A stretch of DNA of 64,000 nt. Source: Styela clava (lineage: Eukaryota). The stretch spans positions 18,910,001-18,974,000 of the forward strand of contig NC_135261.1 in NCBI RefSeq assembly GCF_964204865.1, written 5' to 3'. Positions within the stretch are counted from its first letter, which is position 1; each line of letters starts with the position of its first letter. Positions 38,401-51,435 of this stretch are shown one piece after another. Position numbers and translations under genes: made by a program. The notes under the pieces were generated by a model. The model saw only the letters and a list, made by a program, of their open reading frames with translations. It made no database searches and was not told the origin of the DNA.

Positions 38401-41400
38401 TATTAGTTATATGTGAGAGTTGTAGATTTGAGATTAAGTATTCTTTGGGAAATGGATTTGCTTTACCATTTAGTTGAATTAGAGTTAAAATTGAATGTCG
38501 CAGTATGTTATATGTTTTTAAATTTTTGACGAATCTAACGCGCTGTTAAATGGTGCGAAACCGGTTATCAGGGCCGCTATATGGAAGAAATCCAGTGATC
38601 CACTGGTGTCGCGATGATAACATAACCTTTGAAATCGTCGTTTTTCAAGAATTTGCCTATGCTCCAGATGTTTACCTATTTGCGTGTGGTCAATGTCAGA
38701 CAAAAACGTAACAATATGTTGCATTTAACCGTAAAAATGCACGTTTTTGTTGCTGCGGCGGCATTATGTATTCACCAATTGTCCATACTCATATCGGTAA
38801 ATTCGCGCTGCTTTAAAGTCTAAAATTTTCAATAAATCCATTCAAAAGGCATGCAAAAGATTATAGTAAACACTGCGTATCTCATCTTGACCATACCTTA
38901 TAACATATCCAAGCTTTTGTGTAACTGAAAGTTTGGTGTCTATTTAACGGTTATTTTTAAGTTCTTTTCCGTATCCACGTGACGCATAAACCCTTTAATT
39001 AAAGCTTAGTATAAGTATATCCGAGAGACGATGTCATTAATTACTACCTACAATCACTATAGCCTATGGTTATATACATACTGTATTTTGGAAGTGTTAG
39101 CGAAAGAGGTGCTCTCTTTTTGTTTATATTCCAGCAGGTCAAAGTATGTCATAAATGTATGGGTACTCCCGTAGTATATGTACCACGTTAGGGTTAGGTC
39201 ATAATTTTATTATGATTTTCCTTATTTTAGTTATATTACGAGCTCGGGGACTGTCTGTGTTAGCCAAGTGAATATACCACCTGCCCATAGGTTTCAGTCC
39301 TTTTTATACAACTTGATGTAAAGTAGGCGAACAAAGTTACTGGTAGTTATCTCCATTTGTACACACACTTCTGAAGCGCCGATGTATGAATACGACCTTT
39401 ATATAGTGACGCGAAACTGGTTGGTAACATCTATTAGCTTGCGTATGCTCCGTATATAACATTATGGATTTGTTGATCGGAAGTTATGTACGAAGATATC
39501 TCACTTGTGTATAATTAGAGAAATACATTAACCATTTAGCACATCGTCAATTAGCACCTCACTAAAGAATCTCTAAATTAAAAACTAATATTCATTAAGT
39601 GTTCCGATCTTCGTCAGCTGTGAAGTGCAGTTAGTAGTGAAGTATCAGATTCCGAAGACTATATATTTTTTGTCCAGTTTAGCAACTTGTGGTTAGCAGA
39701 ATCAGAAAATCTTTGTCAGCTTGTGGAATTTCCGTCCAGTTTAAACGCAGACTTTTGGGTTGCTTAGTTTCTAGTCGAAAAAATCTGACTTTGGTCAAAC
39801 GAAACATTGCAGAAACACATTTGTGTTGGTGTGCAGCAAGAATCTTTGAATAATTTCAAATTCCACCGTTTCACTGATATGTTGATGTGGCCTTATCTTT
39901 TATTGCAGTCGAATTGAAATGAACACCATTTTCAAATTGAAAGTACATTTTTAATAAAGTTTTAATAAAGTTTTAAATACTTGCTGACATAAAGCAAATC
40001 TCCAGATGTACTGTTTGACGAAGCCATTATTACATTTGACGCCGAGACATTTTGCTGGATATATAATTTTTATTTCCGACGTCATTAGTTTACGAGGATT
40101 ATTTTTACGCCTAAAACACTGAAAGCTGTGAATAGAGCTATAGGAAGAATCCCGTACTATTCGAGTTTTGTTTCTGAAGTCACCCTGTTGATGCAATATT
40201 GTACCGAATATTTTTCATGTGAATTTCTTTCTACGTTCTTACGGTTGTCCTTAGTGTTTACCACACCTAAACTATATTGATATTTCGATTTTGATTGATT
40301 GATTTAGCTATTATTGATTACGATTGCTCGCTGGTGTGAAATAGAATTGGACAAAAGTATTACGGGTTAAATAAAGTGAGTCCAAATGGGTTCATCGTTC
40401 TCGAAATGTCGATTTCCAAATTGCCGAAAAAGAAGAAAGAAATCGTCAAATACAGATGATAATGATGAGGTAAGCCTGATAACATGCGAAAGATTTTTAA
40501 ATGTAGGAGTAAGAGTAGTGTAACCATTAATCAATATTGTAATGTGACGATAATTATTTTTGTTTAAATTTTCAAAGTTTTAGCAACGAAAACGATTTTT
40601 TTATCGACTAGAAACGTATCGACTTGCAAATTTTTCATATCATGATACGGTCCGCGTATTTGCTCTGTTGGACGGGCTTATCACATTGTAGCGTTTCCTA
40701 AATATTTTCGCCTTACCAAATTAAAATCTTCCTATGCAGTGAAGTAGTGGGCATGAGGTTAAACCCGAAATTTTAACCTACGGTACCATCATATAGTTTG
40801 GATTTACGCTTTAACCGCGCGGCGTATAGATCTAGTATCCGTTATGGGATTGAAAGGTAGCCACTATCGCGCGATGCAAATAACAATAGATGAATATATG
40901 TCACTGTTTGTGACAATAAACTAATCTTCTATTTTATGTGACTATTATGTTCACATAATTCTCTCGTCACGATTACTCATGCCCGATCGTCTGTTAAGTA
41001 ATGACCGTATACGATACCTTATCACGAATCGATTTGAATTGTTGTTTTTGTGAATTCTACTGGAGCCGTAAACGCCGGGAATTCCGAGTGTGGCGTGAAA
41101 TTTGGCATGGATGTTACTGTGCGACAGTAGACTAGTGTCGGTGGCTAAATTTCGATAAAATCGTTTTATTTTACGAAATGGTAGAGGAATTGTGTATTAA
41201 TCTTCGGGTCTATATGTGGACATTGCCACAATGATAACCGAGATAGTATTACAGTACAGTCAAGTGATAAATAATAATAATATCATCCATTTCCACGAAA
41301 TAGCAGTTATAGTTGTTACGTTTTGTTAGATCACGATTTGTGTATCGTTAAAACATTGTTTTAAATAACAATATATTGGTTATGTACGGGAATAGGGTTT

Positions 41401-44400
41401 GTCGAACGCGGGGAAAGTTGGTACATCAATTACCGATAATAAATAATCTTGGTAATTGAACCGGTAAAAAACGGTACATTTTCTTTATAGAATTATATCA
41501 TTTTAGCAGCATGCTATACGGCATTCTGAGGTTCTTTGTACAGTATGTATTTTTCTATCCTAGGAAAACATCGATTGGTATATTTTGTTTTTCTTTTATG
41601 AAAATTGCTTCAAATTATTAGAAACGACTTTATAAGAGATGCCTGAAGCGTAACAATGATTGTGAAATTATTTCTAATTATTATCGGCGTCCCACTAATA
41701 GCAACTGGGATAATATATTCGAAAATGGAAACAGATAAAATATTTCATTCTTTGCTAATGAGAAATTCTTTATAAATTCCATCAGGAGAGAATAAACGTT
41801 TCAAATTCATCCTATAAATTGTTATTGTAGCTCAATTGTCGGTATATTTAAAATTATTTTTTATTTCGATAAACTACTATAAAACCGTTTATTAAGCGGG
41901 TTTCCACATAACAAAAAGATCGTGTTAAAAACTAAACATGGACTCAAAACGACCATTTTGATCACAATTATACCGAGTAACTTCGCGGCGAGATTTTAAT
42001 AGCATCGATTTTTTTTTAATTTCTGATTTTCAATTATTGATAGGATGGGCATTCATCGCCGCTCACGATATTTCGATACGGATCATGTGAACTTTTCAGT
42101 TTCAAGTGTGATAATAAAACGCTGCGAAAAGTTCAATATCTGATAATGTAAATTTACCTTTTCTGTTTGCGTGAGAGATTAACAGGCGTTGCTGCCTTTT
42201 GAGCGCAAGTCACGTTGCTTTAATAGCTGTAGGAACTCCTTAGTTTAGTAAGCAAAGAGGAACAATATTGTCCAGATACTTCCCTTGTACTGAGTTATAG
42301 GGAATAGCGGCGTCGGTTAGAAGCTCAATTTGTTTCTGAAAGACGATTTTGGGGAACTATGCTTTAAGAAAACTGAAGCCTTGCAGATATGGGCTACAGG
42401 GCTTTCAAAATTTTGCAATTTTTGTTGCAGATATTATAGTGGGGGTTAAATTTTTAATGAAGCTAAAATGACTACAATCGCCAATGAGTGGGAAGTCCTA
42501 GCATTAAGTTAAAAGTAGTTTTTTGTGATTTTAGTGATTTTGTTGACTTGATATCCGTGAAACATGAGGTTAGAGCAGTGGTTATCAAACGGTGGGGCTC
42601 ACCCCACAATGGGGCGTAGACAATTTTCTGAGGGGGCGTGAAGCCAACAAAAAATAAAAATATTTGTTAGATTTGATCTTGCTCGCCCTATTTTGGCTAG
42701 TTATTTGTTAGGTGGGTGCGAGACTTGACAAATTCTAAAAACGACTAAGAAAGTTTAAGAACCACTGTGTTAGAACACAAATTAGAACAATGGTTTTCAA
42801 CCGTATTGGTGAAGCAGAATCCCAGTAAAATAATCCAGACACTCGAAATCTCTGTAAAATAGTTTCATTGTCTATATTGTATAAACTATACATATAGGTA
42901 TATAAAAGCAAACCTAATCTGGTCAAAGAATGGTGTTTGAAAGTGTAGCAAGTTTACTGATAGTGGCAATTCTACATTTGATTACGGTTAAACAACATAC
43001 TAATGTCATATAACCATATAACTAATCCCATACCCGACTTGGAATGGTAACCGGTCGAGAGGCCGTGGTTCGCCATATGGATAAGCCGTCTTATCAGCTT
43101 TCCTCTCCCCCGGGATAAATATGTAAAATCCTATCCTAATGTCAACTCTCTGATTGAATGTTATCTTACCCTGGTTGCAAACCACTATATTGAGAAAATA
43201 TGTTTGTACTGGAATTGTTAGCAAAAGGTACTGGCATAAAATTTGGTATGGTGTATACGTAGTATGTCTGTCACTAGCGCCTACTATCATATCATCCACC
43301 TATTACAGTGAATGTATTACACACTCTTGAGTAATACCAGTAGTATGTTGCAACACATCTGCGTATTTCTTCAATTATCATATCCAGCGATAGTCGACCC
43401 ATTATCGTGATGAATGGATCTATATTGATTGAAACAAGTTTGATTGAGGATAGCAAGATTATGTATTTTACGTCATATGAAAATCTTGATCCTGATGTTT
43501 TAGTGATTGTCTTCATGACATTCCTATGTTGGGTATGTTATCAATGTACTTAGTGGCATACCTTCTAAGCTAACAAAGCCCTATTATATGATATATTTTC
43601 TCACCAGTTTAGATTTTGTCAATATTGACAATGACAATAAACATTTTTGAAGTAGGAGGACAATATAAGTGACAATATATCAAATCAAATATGATTACCT
43701 AAATTTGAAAATACGACCGACTTAATTGTCTAAAATTTTATATAATCATTAAATAAAATATCAAAAATTCTGAATTCCTTTTAAAACTTGTTCTTGATAT
43801 GAGTGACCAATTCGTTCATCTGCATAAAATTCAATAAAATGTCTTACACAGATGGATATATATGGTCTTATAGTCTGTAATCACGTAGGATTAGTGCACT
43901 ACTCAGTTCGTTATGAAAACCAGAATCAGTCCTTTCAGAGTGGCTAGATTTGGAGGGGACTATAGTATAAAATGAAGTTTCCTAACTCTGAAAAAATAAG
44001 GGCCAGCAAGCTATCTATCGCGCTTGCCTATATTACAGTATTGGAGTTGTTTACACCTGCATATATCATCACGAATGTAGACATTACGTATCCAAACCAA
44101 CATTCACTTAATACAATTATGTATTTTATCATAATCAGTAAGTGCTCATAGATTTTGCTCGCTTTTTTCCCTCAACTGATTCCAAAGTTTAAACAGGCAT
44201 GAACCAGATCAGGTTATTCAATAATAATACAATTGCCTTTCAGCTTGATGGATTGTCTGCTCCAAGGTTATCGGAAGAAAAACAACAATTACAGAAATTG
44301 GTTGCTGATAAAGTTGAAGTAAATGGTATGATATGCAGTTATTTTATATTTTCATAAAGCATATATTTGCCCAGATCAAGAACTTTCAAGTTAATATTTT

Positions 44401-47400
44401 ATTAAAATAGAAGAATTTAATATAAAGGGTTACATGATAAGAACAACTATGTTGTCATATTTGTTTTTAATGTATACAATACTATACACTCACTACATTA
44501 ACATGACATGCTCAACAGCAGGGGTCGACAACCTGCGGGCCAGATCTGGCTTGCGGAGTAATATAATCCGGTTCGCGGCGCTTCACTGAATTATAGTAAC
44601 AAAACAGCTGTTTTGACGATGATATTCTTTATGTAACAGAACTTATTGTGAGACACGTGTAGACTAAAGTATATTATAATCTGACAGGTATAAAATTCTC
44701 AATTACTTTAATGAGCCTATAATATAATTATAATTAGACAAATGGCAACAAAACTTAGAAAAGTTTATGCTAAGTGCAAAGGGTTCAATGGCGCAATGCA
44801 ATGCAATGAGGAAATAAATCTATATTTTATTCGAGAGATTTCAATTTTTTTTAAATATGTGCAGCCTGCCAAGGACTTGCAACCCTTAATTTTGGCCCGC
44901 GAGCGTCAAAAGGTTGCAGACCCCTGCTCTACAGTCTACACTAATCTACTACATAATTTTCGTAACATCAAATATAACGTTAGTCAGCTCTGTTCAGCGT
45001 CTAACTTCTAAGGCGAAAAATAAGAACTCCTGATCGCACCACTGACTATAACTATATTTATTAATGCATTCATGTTTAGATAATCTTTCATCGAGACTGT
45101 CAGACCTAGAATCGAGATTCAAATTGGCAACTGCGGAGTACGAACAAAATTGTAGAGAACAGATCGAACGTTATGAACAACAATTATTCGATGAAAAAAG
45201 CGCAAGAGAACAAATCGTGACTCAATTATCTTCTGAGCTTGATAAAGAACGACAGAGCTGCAGGGAACAAATAACAGTATTAAGAATTGAACAAGAAGAA
45301 TTGAAACATAATTATGAAACAGAACTTAGTAATATTCAAGACGAATGGTCTTCGAAATACCAAAAACTTCAGGATGATATGGAAAATACAATAAAAGAAG
45401 AATTGAAGGTAGGTTTTTCCCTAATCAATTTATTTCAATAGTCTTTCTGCACACTATCACAAATGTATACCTGTAATGTTTCGTCTAACCGAGGTCAGAC
45501 CTCCTCAGACACAGACAAGCTTGTTATAGTCATCTTTACTCTTGGACAGCATCCTTACGTTATATGCATACGTTTCACTTGCGCATACCTCGATTAGACG
45601 AAACGTTAGAGAAATACATTTGTGTTAGTGTGCAGCGAGACTCTTGAATTAAATTGAATAGTCATCTTTACTCTTGCTGCAGCATCCTTGCATCATACGC
45701 TTATGGATCCATTTTCGCAAAGAGCAAAGAACGGTAGTTTCATGTAACCCCAATTGATAGTTTTTGCCTAATACTGTTGTTTTAATACTTAGATGATGGT
45801 GACAATCCCAAGAAATTGAAATCACCTTATCAAATGGTTCTATAATATATTTTTATTTTATAAATTACATATTATAATTATAACTTATTACGGCAAAGTA
45901 AATGCATCTACCATTGTTACTATTCTTGTATTGTGATATATATACAGGGTGAACCTCAAAAAAGAACCCATAAATTTCCTGATTTCGTCTATAAAAATGA
46001 AGAAAATTTATTTACCACTTGAACTTCCATTTGTGTATGATCATGATTCATACCCCAAAGTTTCAGTAATCTAGGACATTTTGCACAAAAGTTATGTTTT
46101 CTCTAAATTGTGTTTCAAATCACTTGATTTTGTTTCCTTTTCGGTCACCCCGTATAGCAAATGTGTTTTGCCATGTGTCTTAGATTTGTGACAGGCTACA
46201 GTGTTTGTTTAGCCATTTAATAATCACAGCTTAGAAATACTAGTATCAGAAATTTGAATTGAATTTTTTACTGTTCACCAGGAAAGAATCAAACCTTACA
46301 TAAATGCAAAATCAGAAGTTGACAGCTTGACTACTGTTTTGGAAATGAAGAATCATACAATACATCAGTTGGAAGCAGAGGTAGTAAAAACCTAGAATAT
46401 ATTGTTCACTATATACAGGACCAAGAAGGTTTGGCCTCTTTTTCTTCTTTAGTCGTGTTTAATATAGGAAATTCATCCATAACATTCAAAATTGATTTTA
46501 TTTAGTATTCTGATTTTAAGTGAATACTTCACAAAATTGTCTTTACAAATTGTTATTTTGAAATGTATTGGGAACAGTTAATGTGTTTTTGGTCATTCCT
46601 TTTTGGTCATATTTACCTCCAATACAACATATCCTCATTTATTCTGAAAATAGACTGCTATTTTTGTTTATCCCTCAAATACTATCTTCTTCATTCAAAT
46701 TGTTATAGTAACGTCCATCTTGATACATTATATTTTTCTGGTGCTTTTACGTTTCAGCTTTAGCATCAGACAATATCCTGATATTTGATTTTTATTCTAC
46801 TGATATTGATGAAAACAAAGAAAAATATTTTTCTGTATTGTCTCTTGGCATTAACACACACAAAATTGTTTCAGAATAAATAAGAAAATTATATTTTATT
46901 TTTGTCTTTGTTGTTTTGCAAAGATTATCCAAATTTAAATTTTGCTTTTACTACAGTGCTCTAAATATTCAACTCAAACTGATCAAGTCAATTCACTAAA
47001 TTATAAGATTGACCAACTTCGGCAAAAGAACGAAGACTTGTCTATGCAACTACATGAAAAAATGGATGAAACTAGGTATAGTGATAATTTGTCAGCTTTA
47101 CTTTCACCACAGAGTATTTGACTTTGTTCAGGGGGAAAAATGGGGGATCATTGTAATGATTGAAGTCAAGTTTATGACACCTACATTTCTTTTTTCATAT
47201 ATAATAGCTCTGTTGTGTTGTCTACTGCTATTCTTGTATTCAAAGGTAAAATTCTGGAGTTTGACTCTCAGATTCCATTTCTATTTGGCCTTGTATTTCC
47301 ATGGATGTTGATGAGCTATACCTGACATTGGCAAACTGTGGGCCAAATCCGGCCTATTAGGTAATTCAATCTGACCCGCCTGATGCTGCCACAACCAAAC

Positions 47401-48052
47401 TAAAACCAAATTTTGATGTTTTAGATAAAATATCGCTCGAGGAATTTGAGATTGCGATTAAATTTAGTTTTGGCACATTGAGGCTCATTGTTTCCACCTT
47501 TGGCTTTTGTAACACTGTAAATGTTGTTCATAAAATGTAACTTATTATGTCACTCTTACATGGCCCGCCAGTCTAAGTGGGCCAAATTTTTGGTTCCTTG
47601 TCCAAAAACCTTGCACACACCCCTGAGCTATACGCTAGAAATTCCTCCGAAATGACTTTTATATGCCAGACTCCCATAGTCTGACATGAATGCTCCTGAC
47701 ATAGATATATGAACTTTCATTTTATAGAAATATGTCCATGGAAAAGCAAAAATTACAACAATCCATGAGTGAGGAGCAAACTCGTTTAACAAGACTTCGA
47801 CAGCATAATGAGGAATTGCAATATCGACTTGATTCACTCAGCCCTTCGCCGTCACCGTCCTTTAACCCAGTCTTTACAACATCCCCTACAGTTGTCGATC
47901 CTCCTAATGCATTTGGGTCTACACCACGTAATCCGGGTTTTAAAAGAGCTGCAAATGGTAACGGCAATTCGTTATCTTATGATGATAAGCTGTGTCGATC
48001 CTTATCTTACAACTATGCGGATGAAGGAAATGCTGTGAATAACTCACTGTGA
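20447..48052 (+). CDS. MTUS1: MTUS1/MTUS2 (ATIP3/TIP150)-like microtubule-associated coiled-coil protein, long isoform, 17 exons, ~810 aa
   Basis: Phase-consistent GT-AG exons: 20447-20498, 22322-22413, 22904-22993, 24296-24380, 24790-24879, 25387-25548, 27042-27142, 29488-29592, 30189-30456, 34532-34681, 35013-35192, 35664-35767, 44244-44325, 45080-45408, 46282-46380, 46957-47075, 47728-48052 (2433 nt). Acidic then S/T/P/K/R-rich disordered N-half; C-terminal coiled coil ALSILLDYVV..LDGLSAP...EVDSLTTVLEMKN...QKNEDL...EKQKLQQSMSEEQTRLTRLRQHNEELQYRL matches the MTUS/CCDC69 signature as I recall it (ELESLKAVLEIKN...ENEELLWKL). MTUS1 vs MTUS2 cannot be distinguished; phase-symmetric exons could be missed. 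Confidence 0.85.
20809..21723. mobile_element. Foldback-type MITE with ~125-bp TIRs in intron 1
   Basis: 20809-20935 (GTTCACCAAACGCCG...TTCTAGTTGGCGTGGCA...GCATATGTCAT...GCCATTCAAAAATTA) is the reverse complement of ~21590-21723; possible nested element 21093-21372 with (G)GACGTCTGG / CCAGACGCCCC ends. Confidence 0.75.
23690..24110 (+). mobile_element. Penelope-like retroelement 3' remnant (GIY-YIG C-terminus plus pLTR)
   Basis: IDF/(frameshift)NGRILEKETQYRRRLFLESYHINKEKNSMND resembles the C-terminal part of PLE GIY-YIG endonucleases; followed by a hammerhead motif. Confidence 0.8.
24005..24048 (+). ncRNA. Minimal type I hammerhead ribozyme
   Basis: TGCC-CTGATGA-[AGTTTTTCTGTATAGAAATTT hairpin]-GAAACGTC-GGCA: stem I TGCC/GGCA, intact CUGAUGA and GAAA cores, palindromic ACGT stem III, GUC cleavage triplet (24042-24044). 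Confidence 0.85.
35965..36175 (+). mobile_element. Degenerate SINE copy
   Basis: TCGAATTCTGTGAGGGATAAT...TTGCTGAACTTCTTGCCAC...CATGCATTTGAAACAAATAACT...GACATAACTGGTAACC aligns with 19830-20000. Confidence 0.6.
38291..38310 (+). promoter_or_regulatory. Candidate internal promoter (CACCC box plus TATA)
   Basis: CCCCACCCC directly followed by TTATATATATA inside the large intron, ~2.1 kb upstream of the alternative first exon. Confidence 0.3.
39160..39382. mobile_element. MITE with an internal TTAGGGTTAGG motif (relative at ~24925-25265)
   Basis: Imperfect TIRs GGTACTCCCGTAGTATATGTACCA / TTTGTACACACACTTCTGAAGCGCC; shared core TTTCAGTCC...TATACAACTT...GTAAAGTAGGCGAACAAA also at ~25180-25225. Confidence 0.6.
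40386..40469 (+). CDS. Alternative first coding exon of the MTUS-like gene (short, predicted myristoylated, CCDC69-like isoform of ~345 aa)
   Basis: MGSSFSKCRFPNCRKRRKKSSNTDDNDE followed by the strong donor GAG|GTAAGC, phase 0, in frame with exon 44244; in-frame stops lie just upstream of the ATG. Confidence 0.75.
42576..42767. mobile_element. hAT MITE
   Basis: TIRs CAGTGGTTATCAAAC / GTTTAAGAACCACTG; degenerate TSD GGTTAGAG / TGTTAGAA. Confidence 0.8.
43015..43140 (+). mobile_element. SINE 3' portion
   Basis: AATCCCATACCCGACTTGGAATGGTAACC...GGCCGTGGTTCGCCATATGGATAAGCCGTC...ATCCTATCCT tail. Confidence 0.7.
44519..44926. mobile_element. hAT (Charlie-like) MITE
   Basis: TIRs CAGGGGTCGACAACCT / AGGTTGCAGACCCCTG; TSD CTCAACAG / CTCTACAG (7/8). 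Confidence 0.85.
45945..46152. mobile_element. Tc1/mariner MITE (duplicated at ~58291-58491)
   Basis: TA|CAGGGTGAACC ... GGTCACCCCG|TA. Confidence 0.75.
47322..47625. mobile_element. hAT MITE (duplicated at ~59600-59904)
   Basis: Perfect 8-bp TSD AGCTATAC (47314-47321, 47626-47633); right end CACACACCCCTG, degenerate left end. Confidence 0.8.
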
Positions 48053-48670
48053 ATGTGTGGCGAATTTAGCCCGTTTGCCTGAGCATCACGAACCAATGTG
48101 CACACTGCGATATAAGAAGCTGATTGGATTGAAGAAATGGATGCGGTTGTACTACATTCTGATTTATGCAATATATAGGCAATATAATTGTACTTGTATA
48201 TTTAAACATAAGTCATGTGGGAATGTCAAAAATATGGTACATAAATGTGTATGCGCACCCAGCACTTTATTAATCGTCATTTTGTGTTTGTGCTGCTTAT
48301 TTTGACAATCACTGGACTAAAATCAATTTCTACGTCTACGGTAAACGTGGGGAATAGGGTTTGCACTGGCATCATTGGATTTGCTAACGTCAACACTGTA
48401 AAAATAATATATGTCCGTACTTAGAAGCATGGTGCTGTTATCTGCAATATTTGAAAATTGTCAATCGTGTCATGCGGTTCATGGTATTTAATGTTTCATT
48501 TATTTTCAAATTTATATGCCTTTATGCATTGGAGTTATTTCCAAAATTTGTTTTCATATGGCTGTTTAACTTATCTAAATTACAGAATAGACTCTTCTAT
48601 AAACTGCTGTTAGATTTGTTATGTAACAACTCGCTTGTACGAATGGTCTAGTATTTTGCATGTTTTGTGC

Positions 48671-48676
48671 AATAAA
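48671..48676 (+). terminator. Candidate polyadenylation signal of the MTUS-like gene
   Basis: AATAAA about 620 nt after the stop, followed by T/G-rich sequence. Confidence 0.5.
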
Positions 48677-49509
48677 TATAGCTGTAAATACTTTGCGTTA
48701 TAAGCTTTTCATCCTATCAAATAAGCAAAGGGATGGATATATTCAGGTACTTAAAGTCAGCTTCGAATTAATGTTTTATTCTTGCAAAACTTCGAAAGGT
48801 TGATGCCGAGTACTATCCATATTACAATTCAATAAAACCACACATTTAGTTTACAATTAGTCTGTTGCCGTAAACAAGGAAATGTCTTTATGAGACAAAA
48901 CCTTCAATTTTCTTCCGAGTACGATAACAAACAAAGACAATTTTAACCTCTGAACTCTGCCTAGGTAAGCAATGGTAGTATATTTCAAAAGCAAAACACT
49001 AAATCAGAAAGAAACATTTGGCCGTTCTGTAAATTTCGAAACATTGGAAATAAGGATTTTTAGAAGGATATTTTATTTTGACTATATTAAATGACATCAT
49101 TGCCGATTTTGTCATTCTTTTAATGGGCAATGCAACACTAAGGATTCCCGACCGAATACACCCGCACAGGATTATGCAACGAGTCCGTTCGGAGTTTTTA
49201 TTTAACACCTAAATGATCCAAGCAGGAGAATTTCAACGATCGCTTTCAGCCTTTCACAAATATTCACATCCCGGAGACTGTACTGACTCGTGACACACTA
49301 TGTTCGTTTGAGTATGAGAGGGTTAATTTATAACTGTGAGACTAATTTATCAACGATGAGACGTTGGATAAATTAATTTCATTTGCGAATTCGTCGCTGC
49401 CGCCTAAACACTCGAAAAGGAAGAACTGACAGTGAGATAGTTCGATCACCTCAGATTGGGGTGTTGGTCGCTAAATAATCGAGCAATAATCAGCGATTAT
49501 AACAACATC

Positions 49510-49725
49510 AGGATAGAATACGATCGACGTGTTTATACGGGGGCAGGAAAGCCTATAAGACAACCACGGCTTCTCGCTAGTTACCAGTTCATGTCGGGTG
49601 AAGGCTTAGTTAGCCAGTTATTTGTTTTAACTGCATGGACCTTGCGGTAGAAGAACCCGTAACCGACCAGCGATTACGTTGACAAATGGACTACTTAGTC
49701 TGGTGAATGTGCAGAAATTCATACC
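49510..49725 (-). mobile_element. SINE copy on the minus strand (duplicated at 61790-62005)
   Basis: Reverse complement GGTCGGTTACGG...CCATGCAGTTAAAACAAATAACTGGCTAACT...ACCCGACATGAACTGGTAAC...GCCGTGGTTG matches the family. Confidence 0.7.
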
Positions 49726-49831
49726 CTATTGACTGAATACGGTTTCATTTCCAATAAGCTTGCGAAAAATCAGCTTTCCTTTTATAAAGTTCAAGTTGCC
49801 CCCCTGGTTGTAACTGTTATTAACGGCGGGG

Positions 49832-51240
49832 CAGAGGCGTAGCCAGCATATTTTGCGCCCGGGGCAAACTATAAAATTGGCGCCCCGACCTCCACGTTTA
49901 ATCAGATTTTCTATTACATTTACTTGCAAATGTAAAAACAAATTATATATGCAAATTCAAATTTATATTTACTTATATATTTTATTATTTATTCAACAAT
50001 GGCTATATATAATTCCTGTGCAATTTTTTCTAAATTGGTCACTATTGATTGACAGCCAAAAATGCCAGCATACGATAAAGAACTTTTTTTCACCATTTGG
50101 TGGAGACTTTTATCTAGTTCATACACACCAGTCATCTGGCTCGCTCTATCAACGACACTCCACGTTTGTATCCATCAATCTAACTGCTAACGTTTCATTC
50201 GAATTGCAGCTAAATTCGGAATCACCACGGCCAAGTTTTTCTTTGAAAAGATTTATTCGGGTTTTGATAGATGTTCTTAAGTAAAAAATCTGTCAATTAC
50301 CACGGCAATATCTTCACCGCCTGGTATAGTAGACAGTGAAGGCTTTAACAACCTTCTCACCTAATCGATTGTTTCGGCCTCGCATTCAAAGCTTTCTTTA
50401 TCCAACGTTTTACAGGCTTCAAGAAAAGATATTGATCAATACAATAATTGTGTGCTCGATGTACCTTTTTATCCATTCTGAAACTACCGAGACGATATAC
50501 AAGATAATTATAAAAATTACGTCAATTAATTTGGTATTGAAAACAATAAATTTTCATGCTTCCTTTTTCTTTTACTTGACTTTATTGTTTCTCCTTTGAG
50601 GTCCGCGGATTGGCGGGGTAATTGTGGGTGATAATGATTTTATATTGTCGTAAGTCACTCATCCGCAGGTTGAATTGAACACAATGAACCAATAAACAAG
50701 GCATTTGAACATGCGCGCATCGGTCAATGATTCCGCAATTGTGAATTGTATTCATTGAGATGTGAGAACAACTCAAATTTGATGAATCCCAAGATAACAA
50801 AAACACGATTCCAATCTATTTATAGTTGGCAGTTCAGCACTTATTCTAAGTTATTTTAGGTCGGGCCTGAAATGTCAATCATTACGTCCGGGTGGGGCTT
50901 CTCTATCGCTCAATTTTTTTTTAAATGAGGCGTTTTGGCCACGGTCTGCAAAAAACAGAAGTTGTCTTATCAACACGACACATACTGTACTAAACTCTTG
51001 CAATGAAAATTCAAAGAACTCCTAAATAAGATATGAAAATTTCTGGTTTGCTTCGGTCTCGGGCCTGAAAATCCAGTCGGGCTGGTTGCTGGAATTTTTG
51101 GGTCCGATTTTACTTCTGACTTATCCACTGAAAAAGTTCATTTCAAACAAGTGGCCTAATCGCGAATAATGTTGCCCGGGAATTTCCAAATTTTAATTTT
51201 GAACCCTCTCCTCTCTTAAAAAATCCTGACTGCGCTTCTG
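49832..51240. mobile_element. Composite non-autonomous DNA transposon(s)
   Basis: CAGAGGCGTAGCCAG at 49832 and CTGACTGCGCTTCTG ending at 51240; internal TCGGGCCTGAAA repeats; no TSD, so it may be several fragments. Confidence 0.4.
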
Positions 51241-51435
51241 CTTCTAGATACTGTCAAATTTGAATTACCCACTCGTTGCCATATTTCGACTCCACTGTCG
51301 TCAAATTTTAATATCGGTGTTTTTGCTTATTAACAGTTACAGAATAACCAAGTCCTTATTTTGATCGAACATCTCGTGGAGCCCTTAGGTTTCTCTCGCG
51401 GATCCCTGGGGCTCCGTACGGAGCACTTTGAGAAC

